64,000 bases of DNA from NCBI GenBank assembly GCA_947085185.1, contig CAMTVK010000001.1, forward strand, positions 64,001 to 128,000, in the 5' to 3' direction. The translations under genes and the position numbers were made by a program. Position 1 is the first letter of the stretch, and each line of letters starts with the position of its first letter. Source of the stretch: Candidatus Fraserbacteria bacterium (GTDB lineage: Bacteria > Bipolaricaulota > Bipolaricaulia > RBG-16-55-9 > DRXL01). The notes under the pieces were generated by a model. The model saw only the letters and a list, made by a program, of their open reading frames with translations. It ran no database searches and was not told where the DNA came from. Shown here in pieces: positions 9,043 to 18,432 of this stretch.

Positions 9043-10605
9043 ATGACCAGTGCGCGGGAAGCCCTCGCCAAGACGCTCAAAGAAAACAAGATTGCTCTTG
9101 TCACCGGGGTCTATGGCGACCCCTGCACAGCGCTCTTAGACGAGTGTGCCAAGCAGGGGGTGCACACGGAGATCAGCACTGAGGAGAAGACCGCGTTCGC
9201 GCAGGCGTTAGGGGCTTCGGTAGCGGGTCTACCCAGCGTCGTCATAGTCAAGCAAGTGGGCGTCAATGTCTTAGCGGACCCGTTGGTGACCGCGGTGACG
9301 CATGGGATTGGTGCGGGACTTTTACTCATTGCTGGGGACGATCCTGGTGCGGTCAAATCCCAGAACGAACAAGATTCCCGCTGGTACGCCAAGCTTGCTG
9401 ATATTCCCGTGCTTGTGCCTCCGGGGCCGCAGTACGTCAGCGATGCGGCTATTGAGGGGCTGGCACTGTCGGCGACCTTGGGCATTCCCGTGATGATGCA
9501 GGTGACGGCGCGTCTGTTGGAGGGGGAGGGTCGTCCCAGCGAGATGCCCCTCACGGTTGAGGCGCGCTTCGACCGAGACCGAGCCTGGAGGAATCTCATC
9601 TTAGATCGCTATAAGTATTTCTATCAAAAGATCTATCCTCAACTGATTGAGCTCGTCGAAGATTCGCCACTACACCAGACTCCGTCTGACCAGGCTTCGC
9701 CTGGACCGTATATCGTGCCGCCTCTGGCGGCACGGCGAACAGTCCAGACGGAGTCTGGGTCTGGTGTGATCTCGTGTGGGTTTGTTTCAACGTTGGTCAC
9801 GGAGAAGAATCACTTTGCGTTGGGGTATGCGCATCCGTTGCCGGAGCGTGCGCTGGTGCGCTTCTTGAAGCCTCTGGAGAATGTGTTAGTCGTCGAGGAG
9901 ATTGCGCCGATTGTTGAGGAATCTGTGAACGTGCTGGTAGCGCGCTACGGGCTGAAGACAAAAGTCTATGGGCGGCTGACGGGGCATTTGCCCAGGATTG
10001 GGGGGTTGGAGGCGCAGCAGATAGCGGAGGCGTGGGGGCGTGTTGGGGGAGCGCTCTCTTGTGAGACTCCCACGCGGGTGAGCGGGGGGATTTTGGAGCT
10101 GCCTTGTGGGGGCTTTGAGCTGCTCTATGAAGTGCTCGATGAGGTCTTATCTGAAGGGCATCTTGTGGCTGGGGATGTGGGCTGTTCGATTGTGCACGGG
10201 TATTTTCCGCCGCAGGTGATTGACACGGCGTATGCGTTGGGGACGGCGATTGCGACGGCGGCGGGGATGGGGCTTTCTGGGCGCAAGGGGGTGGCGGTCA
10301 TTGGGGATGTGGGGTTTCTTCATTCTGGGATTACGGGGCTGTTGAATGCGGTAGAGCATGGGCACAACGTGCTTGTGATTATTCTTTATAATAAAGTTTC
10401 GGCGATGACGCCTGGGGTGCAGGGGTGTGTGGGTTTAGGGCGGGTGCGTGCGGTGGTGGAGGCGTGCGGGGTTGCTGTGATAGATGAGGTGCAGATGGAG
10501 CAGGTGACAAGGGAGGAGCTGAAGGGGCTCTTGGAGAGGCGGCTTTCTGAGCGTGGGGTGCAGGTGCTGATCGCGCACGCCAAGCCTAAAAAATTGCACG
10601 AATGA
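9043..10605 (+). CDS. Indolepyruvate:ferredoxin oxidoreductase alpha-like TPP enzyme
   Basis: KQVGVNVLADP, GDDPGAVKSQNEQDSR, GDVGC, TPP motif GDVGFLHSG...N..SAMT. No C-terminal ferredoxin cysteines. Confidence 0.8.
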   Translation: MTSAREALAKTLKENKIALVTGVYGDPCTALLDECAKQGVHTEISTEEKTAFAQALGASVAGLPSVVIVKQVGVNVLADPLVTAVTHGIGAGLLLIAGDDPGAVKSQNEQDSRWYAKLADIPVLVPPGPQYVSDAAIEGLALSATLGIPVMMQVTARLLEGEGRPSEMPLTVEARFDRDRAWRNLILDRYKYFYQKIYPQLIELVEDSPLHQTPSDQASPGPYIVPPLAARRTVQTESGSGVISCGFVSTLVTEKNHFALGYAHPLPERALVRFLKPLENVLVVEEIAPIVEESVNVLVARYGLKTKVYGRLTGHLPRIGGLEAQQIAEAWGRVGGALSCETPTRVSGGILELPCGGFELLYEVLDEVLSEGHLVAGDVGCSIVHGYFPPQVIDTAYALGTAIATAAGMGLSGRKGVAVIGDVGFLHSGITGLLNAVEHGHNVLVIILYNKVSAMTPGVQGCVGLGRVRAVVEACGVAVIDEVQMEQVTREELKGLLERRLSERGVQVLIAHAKPKKLHE

Positions 10606-10628
10606 GCCGTGCAAGAGAGTCAGCCCTC

Positions 10629-10658
10629 TTGACTTGGGCAGGGTAGCTGTGCTATAGT
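10629..10658 (+). promoter_or_regulatory. sigma70-type promoter
   Basis: TTGACT-18-TATAGT with TG extension upstream of 10689. Confidence 0.6.
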
Positions 10659-10688
10659 CAAGCCCCAATAAAAAATTAGAGAGGGCTT

Positions 10689-12857
10689 ATGAGCTATCGA
10701 AGGGGCCTGGCAGCTCTTCTCTTAGTGGGGGCTATTGTCATTGATCAAGCGCTGACGGTCCGCGCAGCCTCCGTGCGCGACGTCGTGATCAGTGAAGTCG
10801 CGTGGATGGGCACGCAAGCCGATGCCAATGACGAGTGGATCGAGCTGTACAATAACACCGATCTTCCCCTCAACCTCACGGGCTGGCAGATCGTCTCGCT
10901 GACAGATAACTCCCCTAATTTTACGATTAGCTCTGCTCGTTGCAGGAATGTCGTCATCCCCGCCAAGGGGTTCTTTGTGCTCGAGCGGACGAGCGATACA
11001 ACTGTCAGCGACATTGTTGCAGACTGTATTTACACAGGTGCGTTGAGTGACAGAGGAGAGAGCCTTGCGTTGAAAGCCCCTTCGGGAACTATCATTGATA
11101 CAGCCAACGGCGATGGCGGCCCCTGGCCTGCAGGGACTCCTTCACCCAAAGCCACGATGGAACGCATCGATCTGATGGCTCCCGATTCTGATGCCAACTG
11201 GGACACCAACGATGGCGTCCACCGCAACGGCCTCGACGCAAATAATAATCCGATCAATGGGACGCCCAAGGCGCCGCGCCAGAGAGCGTCTTATAATGCG
11301 CGCGACGTCGTGATCAGCGAAGTCGCGTGGATGGGCACGCAAGCCGATGCCAACGACGAATGGATCGAACTTTATAACAATACCGACCAAGCGATCGCTC
11401 TTGTGGGATGGAGGTTGGAAGCCGCTGATGGCATGCCCAGCATTGTCCTCTCTGGCGTCATTCCCGCGAAGGGCTTCTTCTTGCTCGAGCGCACCGACGA
11501 CAACACCGTGAGCGACATTATCGCCGATCAGATCTACACTGGTGCGCTCTCCAATCCTGGTGAAGTTCTCGTCTTAAAAGATCCGTCGGGAAACGTTATT
11601 GACACCGCCAACGGCAATGGTGGCCCCTGGCCCGCCGGAGATGACTCACGGAGGGCCACGATGGAGCGTCTCGATCTGATGGCTTCCGACTCCGACGTCA
11701 ACTGGGCTACCAACGACGGAATCCATCGAAATGGCCTGGACGCTCAGAATAATCCCATCAACGGCACACCCAAAGCCCATAAGCCCCCTTATGTGACTAT
11801 CGCCAATCCTACGACGGCTTCGCCGGTATATCTCCCCCCGGGCGGAAGCTTTTCAGTGCGCTTCACCAGCGATGAAGCCGGCACTTCTGAGATCGCCATT
11901 GACGGGACACACTGCGGCGGCGGAGCCGTCAGCGTCGGCACGAATATTCAGACGTGTACGCTCCCTAGCCCGTTTGCCCATGGTGCCTATGATCTCTCTG
12001 TAAGGGTCACTGACGCCACGATGGCTATCGGTGCGGCGACCGAAAGAGCTGCTGTGCGCGTGATCCTAGCGACTCTTGGTGACGTGAACGGCGACGGGAA
12101 GGTCAATGTGATTGACGCGCGCCTGGCACAGCAACACGCCGACGGAGTCATCACCCTCACGGGAATGCAGCTCTTAGCCGCTGATGTTGACCAAGACAGC
12201 GACGTAGATGCTGACGATGCGACGGCGATTGCCAAGAAGGGGATTGGATTGCCTACAGGGATTCCGTGGTTTGCGAGATCTCGTTCTTTGTTTGGGGAGG
12301 AATGGGGACTTTTGCTGGCTTTTGCCCTGTCGGCCCTGTTGCGTGGGCGACGCAAGAGACAAGCGTTATGGTTCATGATGCTGGGGGTAGTGAGCGTGCT
12401 TACGGGCTGCACGGAGTTTGCGGGCCCGCCTCCGCCCTCCGGCCCGGCGATCTTCGTCACTTCGACTTCCATGCCCAACGGGGCCACCCGGACTGTACAA
12501 ATCGTCGTTCACAACGTGACGGCCCAAGGCGGCGTGGCTGCGCTCCAAGGACGGATCGCCTATCCCGCTGGGAAAGTGACTGTGCACTCACTCACGGGCT
12601 TGAGCGGCTTTGTTGTCAAGGCGCTTGCGATAGACAACGCTGTGGGTGAGGTGCGCTTTGCCCTTGTTAAATCTAGCCCCGGTGGCATCAGCAACGGAGC
12701 AGTTGTGCAAGTGACTCTATCGGTTTCTGGGGTGCCGGGGAGCATTGTAATGCTGAGCTGGGCCGCGAGCGCCCAGACGCCCATCGTCATCGGAGGGGAG
12801 ACAAACACTGAAATTTTAGGGCTCAGTTTTGGCGATGGGGCCGTGCGCGTGCGCTAG
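10689..12857 (+). CDS. Secreted multidomain protein: signal peptide, 2x lamin-tail domain, Ig-like, dockerin, TM + basic cluster, internal lipobox, cohesin-like domain
   Basis: Two VVISEVAWMG...DEWIELYN repeats; paired Ca loops GDVNGDGKVNVID / ADVDQDSDVDADD; WGLLLAFALSALLRGRRKR; ALWFMMLGVVSVLTGC; C-terminal all-beta domain with V..LQGRIAYP pattern. Confidence 0.8.
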   Translation: MSYRRGLAALLLVGAIVIDQALTVRAASVRDVVISEVAWMGTQADANDEWIELYNNTDLPLNLTGWQIVSLTDNSPNFTISSARCRNVVIPAKGFFVLERTSDTTVSDIVADCIYTGALSDRGESLALKAPSGTIIDTANGDGGPWPAGTPSPKATMERIDLMAPDSDANWDTNDGVHRNGLDANNNPINGTPKAPRQRASYNARDVVISEVAWMGTQADANDEWIELYNNTDQAIALVGWRLEAADGMPSIVLSGVIPAKGFFLLERTDDNTVSDIIADQIYTGALSNPGEVLVLKDPSGNVIDTANGNGGPWPAGDDSRRATMERLDLMASDSDVNWATNDGIHRNGLDAQNNPINGTPKAHKPPYVTIANPTTASPVYLPPGGSFSVRFTSDEAGTSEIAIDGTHCGGGAVSVGTNIQTCTLPSPFAHGAYDLSVRVTDATMAIGAATERAAVRVILATLGDVNGDGKVNVIDARLAQQHADGVITLTGMQLLAADVDQDSDVDADDATAIAKKGIGLPTGIPWFARSRSLFGEEWGLLLAFALSALLRGRRKRQALWFMMLGVVSVLTGCTEFAGPPPPSGPAIFVTSTSMPNGATRTVQIVVHNVTAQGGVAALQGRIAYPAGKVTVHSLTGLSGFVVKALAIDNAVGEVRFALVKSSPGGISNGAVVQVTLSVSGVPGSIVMLSWAASAQTPIVIGGETNTEILGLSFGDGAVRVR

Positions 12858-12877
12858 CGTGAGAGTATAATTATCCC

Positions 12878-13878
12878 GTGCGCACAGAGATCCTCCATGC
12901 CAATGACGCAGCCCTCAAGCGCGCCGCTCAGATCATCCGCTCCGGCGGGCTTGTGGCCTTTCCCACTGAGACCGTCTACGGACTGGGGGCCAATGCCCTC
13001 AACCCCGACGCCGCCAGAAAGATCTTCCTCGCCAAAGACCGCCCCCCAGATGACCCCCTCATCGTCCATATCGCCCACGCCCACGAACTGGTGACGCTCG
13101 CCCGACAGATCCCCCAAAGAGCCTGGGACTTGGCCGAAAGATTTTGGCCCGGCCCGCTCACTTTGGTCTTGCCCAAAACAGACAGGGTCCCCACCGTCAC
13201 TACCGGAGGACTCGATACCGTCGCCGTGCGCATGCCAAGCCATCCCATCGCTCACCAGCTTATCGAACTGAGTGGAGTTCCCATCGCCGCGCCCTCCGCC
13301 AATAGATTCGGCCGCCCAAGCTCCACCACAGCGCAGCACGTCAAAGAAGACTTAGATGGACGCATCGAGCTGATCCTAGACGGTGGCCCCACCCCCATCG
13401 GCGTCGAGTCCACCGTCTTGGATATGACCCAAGACCCCCCCATGATCCTCCGGCCCGGCGGAGTCACTCTCGAAGAGCTTCACGCGATTTTGGGAGCAGT
13501 GCAGATGATGCACCCCATGGATAGAGAAGCTGCCATGCGTTCCCCAGGGACGCGCGCGCGACACTACGCCCCGCGGGCCAAGCTGGTGCTTGCCGCAAGC
13601 TCAGAGCTGGAGCAGCTCGTGGCCAGACTGCGCCAGAGCGGGACTCGGGTCGGCGTGCTCGCAAGAGCGCGCCCTCTTGCGTGCGGGCCTTCCGTGATCC
13701 AGATGCCCATGGATCTCACAGAATACGCGCGGCGACTCTTTGCGGCGCTGCGTGAGCTCGATGCCCAAGGGGTGGACGTGATCGTCGTGGAGCAGCTCGA
13801 AGAGAGCGGGCTGGGACGGACGATCATGGACCGGCTGCGGCGCGCCAGTTATAATGTGGAAGGGTACGGAGGTGATCA

Positions 13879-13882
<4 letters not shown>
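12878..13882 (+). CDS. sua5: Threonylcarbamoyl-AMP synthase (Sua5, YrdC + SUA5 domain)
   Basis: VAFPTETVYGLGA, KDRPPDDPLIVH, APSAN, SPG...HYAP, IMDRLRRA. Confidence 0.95.
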
Positions 13883-14125
<243 letters not shown>

Positions 14126-14208
14126 AGTGAGACAGTTTTATCATAGCAGGGTCTGCTGGAGCTGTCAAGTTGCATAATGAACTTGGAACTTGTACCTTAG
14201 AGCTGTCT

Positions 14209-14904
14209 ATGACCCATGAGCTGGAAGCGCTTCTTGAGCTGAATAGACACGATATAGCCATGCGGCAGCTCGCTCTCAAGATCGAGGGGCTCCAGCGCCG
14301 CCGCCTCTTGCTCCAGGAGGCGATGGCGCGCGAGCACACTGAATTTCTCACGAAGAAGAGAGCATTCGAGGAGCTCCAACGCCACAGCCGCGAAAAGAAC
14401 CGCGAAGTTGATGACTTGGACGCGCAAATCCGCGCCGATACCGAAAGACTGCGCACGGGCCTGCTCAGCTATAAAGAGATGGAGGCTCTCAGAATCCGAG
14501 TGGAGCACGCCCGCACCCGAATAGATCAGCTCGAAGACGAGGCCCTCGCCCTCATCACCCAAGTCGAAGAGCAAGCCCCCATCATCCGCAAGGCCGAGGA
14601 AGATTTTCTCCGATGGAAAGCCAAGATAGACCAAGACATCGCGCAGATTGACTCCGAGATCGCAGGGCACAAACAAGAGCTGGAGCGACTGCGCCGTGCG
14701 CGAGAACAGCACACATCTGCAGTGGATCAGGTGCTCTTGCAACGCTATGAGGAGCTGCGAGCACGCTATGAGGACCCTATCGCGTTCGTGCACAACGGCG
14801 TCTGTTCTGGGTGCAACCTGCGCGTCAGCGAGATCACCCTGGAGCGCGTCCGCCAAGAGCTCGCGACATGTGAGAACTGCTCGCGCTTGCTGTATGTCAA
14901 GTAG
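14209..14904 (+). CDS. Coiled-coil protein with C-terminal C4 zinc ribbon (DUF164/CT398-like)
   Basis: Long heptad region then CSGC...CENCSRLLY. Confidence 0.85.
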   Translation: MTHELEALLELNRHDIAMRQLALKIEGLQRRRLLLQEAMAREHTEFLTKKRAFEELQRHSREKNREVDDLDAQIRADTERLRTGLLSYKEMEALRIRVEHARTRIDQLEDEALALITQVEEQAPIIRKAEEDFLRWKAKIDQDIAQIDSEIAGHKQELERLRRAREQHTSAVDQVLLQRYEELRARYEDPIAFVHNGVCSGCNLRVSEITLERVRQELATCENCSRLLYVK

Positions 14905-15592
14905 AGTGGCGCTCGCGCTGCTCGTGCTTGGTGCGGTGCTGGTGCGCGCCCAAGACGAGATCGTCCTTCCCCGGCAGATGGGAAGGATCAACGATTACGC
15001 GGCGGTCTTAGGGAGCGCCCGCGCCAATCTGGAAGCGCAGCTGGACGCAATCGCACGAGCGTTCAACGTCCAGGTGGTCATTCTTGCCACGATTTATGAT
15101 CCGTTCGATGACGCGTCGGTCTATGCAGGGCGGATCTGGGAATCGTGGGGGTTGGGGAAGCGCACGGTGTTGCTCGTCTTTGTGAGGGAACAGACGAAAA
15201 ATCAATGGGTCTTCGAGCTGCGCGTGGGGGAAGAGATTCGCGGGCTGTTGCGCCCGGAGCATCTGGAGCAGATGCGCCAGGGGCTGCGCTATCATCTGGA
15301 GCGCAGGCGCATCAAGACGGCTCTAGAGGACTCCGTAGCTGCCCTCCAAGCGATGCTAGAGGGCAGCTACGGCCGGCCTCCGCCCAGCGTATCTGGGGGG
15401 ATTCAGTGGTCGTGGGTGGCGATACTTGTTGGAGGGCTTGTGGGACTAGGCGGAGCAGCTCTCTTGATGCGAGCGTTGTTGGGGAATCGGTGTCCGCGCT
15501 GCGGCGCCCGCTTGCGCTCCTATCGGGCTACGGGGCGCCGCAGCACCCAGTACCGAAGCTGTCCCTTCTGTGGCTATGCGCGTTTTCGCTAG
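14894..15592 (+). CDS. TPM-domain membrane protein with C-terminal zinc ribbon
   Basis: Signal peptide, GRINDYAAVL...WGLG TPM pattern, TM helix, CPRCG...CPFCGY. Confidence 0.75.
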   Translation: MSSRVALALLVLGAVLVRAQDEIVLPRQMGRINDYAAVLGSARANLEAQLDAIARAFNVQVVILATIYDPFDDASVYAGRIWESWGLGKRTVLLVFVREQTKNQWVFELRVGEEIRGLLRPEHLEQMRQGLRYHLERRRIKTALEDSVAALQAMLEGSYGRPPPSVSGGIQWSWVAILVGGLVGLGGAALLMRALLGNRCPRCGARLRSYRATGRRSTQYRSCPFCGYARFR

Positions 15593-15834
15593 TTCAAGCT
15601 CGCGTTCAGCTTTTTTTCTGCATCATCGTGGGTCAAGCGGATGACCAAGGAGAGACTGAGTCTGTTGCCTTCGGCTTGGAGCCGCGCGCGCAGCTCGCGA
15701 TTGTGCGCTAACAGCTGGACCAGATCGTTCGCGAGCAACTGAGCCGCCGCGTGAATATACGAAAGATCATGCCCGTTTCCCAAATCTTGCCATTCTTCGA
15801 TAGTGCCTACCAAGCGGGCCTCTGCTTCTGCCAT
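15589..15834 (-). CDS. Hypothetical protein (81 aa)
   Basis: AAAAGGAGG RBS before ATG at 15834; plausible composition. Confidence 0.6.
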   Translation of the reverse strand: MAEAEARLVGTIEEWQDLGNGHDLSYIHAAAQLLANDLVQLLAHNRELRARLQAEGNRLSLSLVIRLTHDDAEKKLNASLN

Positions 15835-15927
15835 AGGTGCCAGCCTCCTTTTGTGCTTAGGACTTATCCTACGAGCCACAGGGCCACAAGACTATGATGG
15901 ACATTACATTCGTGATATAATTGGGGT

Positions 15928-16290
15928 GTGCAGAGGGGCGGAGGGCCGCGGGTGCCGCGCACGCGTGCACCTGAGGAAAGTCCGGACTCTGCAGGGCAGG
16001 CCGCTCGCCGCAAGGCGAGAGGGAGCGATCCTTGGAAAGTGCCACAGAGAAGAGACCGCCGAAGGCCCCCACCCTTCTCTGTGAGGGCCAGGCAAGGGTG
16101 AAACGGTGGGGTAAGAGCCCACCGCCCCGCTCGCGAGAGTCGGGGGCACGGCAAACCCCGGCCAGAGCAAGACCAAGTAAGGGCGCGCCTGAGAGTGGCC
16201 CGCTCGATGCGCCTGGGTAGGTCGCCTAGAGAGATGGCCCTCACCGGCTCGCAAGAGCCGGCACAGAATCCGGCTTATGCTCCTCTGCAC
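15928..16290 (+). ncRNA. rnpB: RNase P RNA (bacterial type A-like)
   Basis: GAGGAAAGTCC, GGAAAGTGCCACAGA, GGGTGAAACGG, GGCAAACCCC...GAGCAAG, ACAGAATCCGGCTTA; terminal P1 GTGCAGAGG/CCTCTGCAC; upstream TGaTATAAT. Confidence 0.97.
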
Positions 16291-16358
16291 GATTCTTTTC
16301 GACAGGAGTAACATGAGACGCCCTTGAGTTTCTGCACTGTTTGTGATATAAGAATAAT

Positions 16359-17381
16359 ATGCTGCCCTCAAAGATCTCTCAATCGCGAAGTCGGGAAGTC
16401 ACGAGGACTCATGGCCCGATCTCTGCGTTTCTCACGCATCACTTCAGGCACTTCAACGCGGCAACGCTCATAGAGGCCGCCGACGCGTACCGTCGCCATC
16501 TCGACGCCGGCGGCAAGATGCTGCTCACTCTGGCAGGAGCAATGAGCACGGCCGAACTGGGACTCAGCCTCGCAGAGATGATCCGCCAGGACAAAGTCCA
16601 TGCGATCTCCTGCACCGGGGCCAACCTCGAAGAAGATCTGTTCAATCTTGTGGCCCACGACTTCTATGAGCGGGTGCCAAACTGGCGGGATCTGACGCCT
16701 CAAGATGAGCAGGCGCTCTTTGAGCGCCACATGAACCGCGTCACCGACACGTGTATCCCTGAGGAGGAGGCGATGCGGCGGCTGGAGCGCGCGCTGCTAG
16801 AGGAGTGGACGCGCGCCGACCGCGCCGGTGAGCGCTTCTTCCCCCATGAGTTTATGTACCGCATCCTGCGGTCGGGTGCGCTGGAGCAGTTCTACCAGAT
16901 CGATCCAAAAGATTCGTGGGTCTACGCGGCGATGGAGAAGGACTTGCCCCTCTTTGTGCCCGGTTGGGAAGACTCGACCATGGGGAACATGTACGCGGCG
17001 CACTGCATCGCGGGAGACATCCGGAACATCCACACGGTGCGCACCGGGATCGAGTATATGATCGAGCTGGCAGAATGGTACACGCAGATGTCCGCGGAAG
17101 CGTCCATAGGATTCTTTCAGATTGGAGGGGGGATCGCTGGGGATTTTGCGATCTGCGTCGTCCCCATGCTCCATCAAGATCTGCGGCGCAAAGACGTCCC
17201 GGTGTGGGGCTATTTCTGTCAGATCTCAGATGCGACGACGAGCTACGGGTCCTACTCAGGCGCCATCCCCAACGAGAAGATCACGTGGGGCAAGCTTGCG
17301 GTGGAGACGCCCAAATTCGTCATCGAATCAGATGCCACGATCGTCGCGCCGCTCATCTTCGCGTACGTCCTTGGATGGTGA
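16359..17381 (+). CDS. Deoxyhypusine synthase-like protein (probable homospermidine synthase)
   Basis: LAGAMSTAE, TGANLEED, IGGGI, GSYSGAIPNEKITWGK with catalytic Lys, SDATIVAPL. Confidence 0.88.
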   Translation: MLPSKISQSRSREVTRTHGPISAFLTHHFRHFNAATLIEAADAYRRHLDAGGKMLLTLAGAMSTAELGLSLAEMIRQDKVHAISCTGANLEEDLFNLVAHDFYERVPNWRDLTPQDEQALFERHMNRVTDTCIPEEEAMRRLERALLEEWTRADRAGERFFPHEFMYRILRSGALEQFYQIDPKDSWVYAAMEKDLPLFVPGWEDSTMGNMYAAHCIAGDIRNIHTVRTGIEYMIELAEWYTQMSAEASIGFFQIGGGIAGDFAICVVPMLHQDLRRKDVPVWGYFCQISDATTSYGSYSGAIPNEKITWGKLAVETPKFVIESDATIVAPLIFAYVLGW

Positions 17382-17388
17382 GGGTGTT

Positions 17389-18432
17389 CTAGCAGATTCT
17401 GGGGAGCTGCTCCCCGCTGAGCATATCTACGATTCTCTGGGCGCCAATGCGGCTCTTGAGGGTGACAAGGCCTTGAGGCTCTGCTAAGACGCGCCCAATG
17501 AGCGCTGCTTGTGGGGAGAAGGTCTTGAGGATCTCGAGCGCTCGCGCGGCGTCCTGCGGCGCAACAAACGCGATGAAGCGCCCCTCATTAGCAACGTAGA
17601 GGGGATCCAGCCCTAAGATCTCACACGCCCCCTGCACGTCCTCGCGGACGGGCACGGCGCTCTCGTCTATAGCAATATTCACGTGCGCCGCTTGAGCGAT
17701 CTCGGTGAGGGCGCTGGCGAGCCCGCCGCGCGTCAGATCCCGCAGACAGTGAATCTCGATGTCCTCTTCGATGAGCTTCATGACGGGATGCGCTAATGGG
17801 GTGCAGTCGCTAGTGATTTCGCTCTCGAACGCGAGCCCCTCGCGCACGGCCATGATCGCGATCCCGTGGCGCCCTATGTCTCCGTTGAGTACGACCACAT
17901 CGTTGGGGCGGACGCGCGTGGGGGAAATCACACGATCGTGCTCGATGATCCCCAGGCCCGCAGTGTTAATAAAAACTCCGTCGCCCTTGCCCTTGTCTAC
18001 GACTTTGGTGTCTCCAGTGACAATCTGCACCTGGGCGATCTGGGCAGCTTCTCTCATAGACTGCACGATGCGCCAGAGGGTTTCCATGGGAAGCCCTTCT
18101 TCTAAAATAAACCCCGTGCTCAAGAAGAGCGGGCGGGCGCCACACATCGCCAAGTCATTGACGGTGCCGTAGATCGCTAACTTTCCGATATCTCCGCCAG
18201 GGAAGAAGAGCGGCCGCACCACATACGAATCGGTCGTGAAGGCGAGCCTGGCGCCGTTGAGGGTGAAGGTCGCGCCGTCATGGCGCTCATTGAGATACTC
18301 ATTTGCGAACGCTGCACCAAAGATCTTTTCGATGAGTTGGTGCATCAGTCTGCCGCCGCCCCCGTGCGCCAACAGAATCTGGGGATATTCAGAGATGGGG
18401 ATGGGGCAGCTCAGGGAAAATTCTTCAGCCAT
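17389..18432 (-). CDS. hypE: Hydrogenase maturation protein HypE
   Basis: [32 protein letters not shown]-terminal LPRIC. Confidence 0.96.
   Translation of the reverse strand: MAEEFSLSCPIPISEYPQILLAHGGGGRLMHQLIEKIFGAAFANEYLNERHDGATFTLNGARLAFTTDSYVVRPLFFPGGDIGKLAIYGTVNDLAMCGARPLFLSTGFILEEGLPMETLWRIVQSMREAAQIAQVQIVTGDTKVVDKGKGDGVFINTAGLGIIEHDRVISPTRVRPNDVVVLNGDIGRHGIAIMAVREGLAFESEITSDCTPLAHPVMKLIEEDIEIHCLRDLTRGGLASALTEIAQAAHVNIAIDESAVPVREDVQGACEILGLDPLYVANEGRFIAFVAPQDAARALEILKTFSPQAALIGRVLAEPQGLVTLKSRIGAQRIVDMLSGEQLPRIC

Noticed and set aside
15803..16371. Several ORFs on both strands
   Set aside because: They overlap the RNase P RNA.
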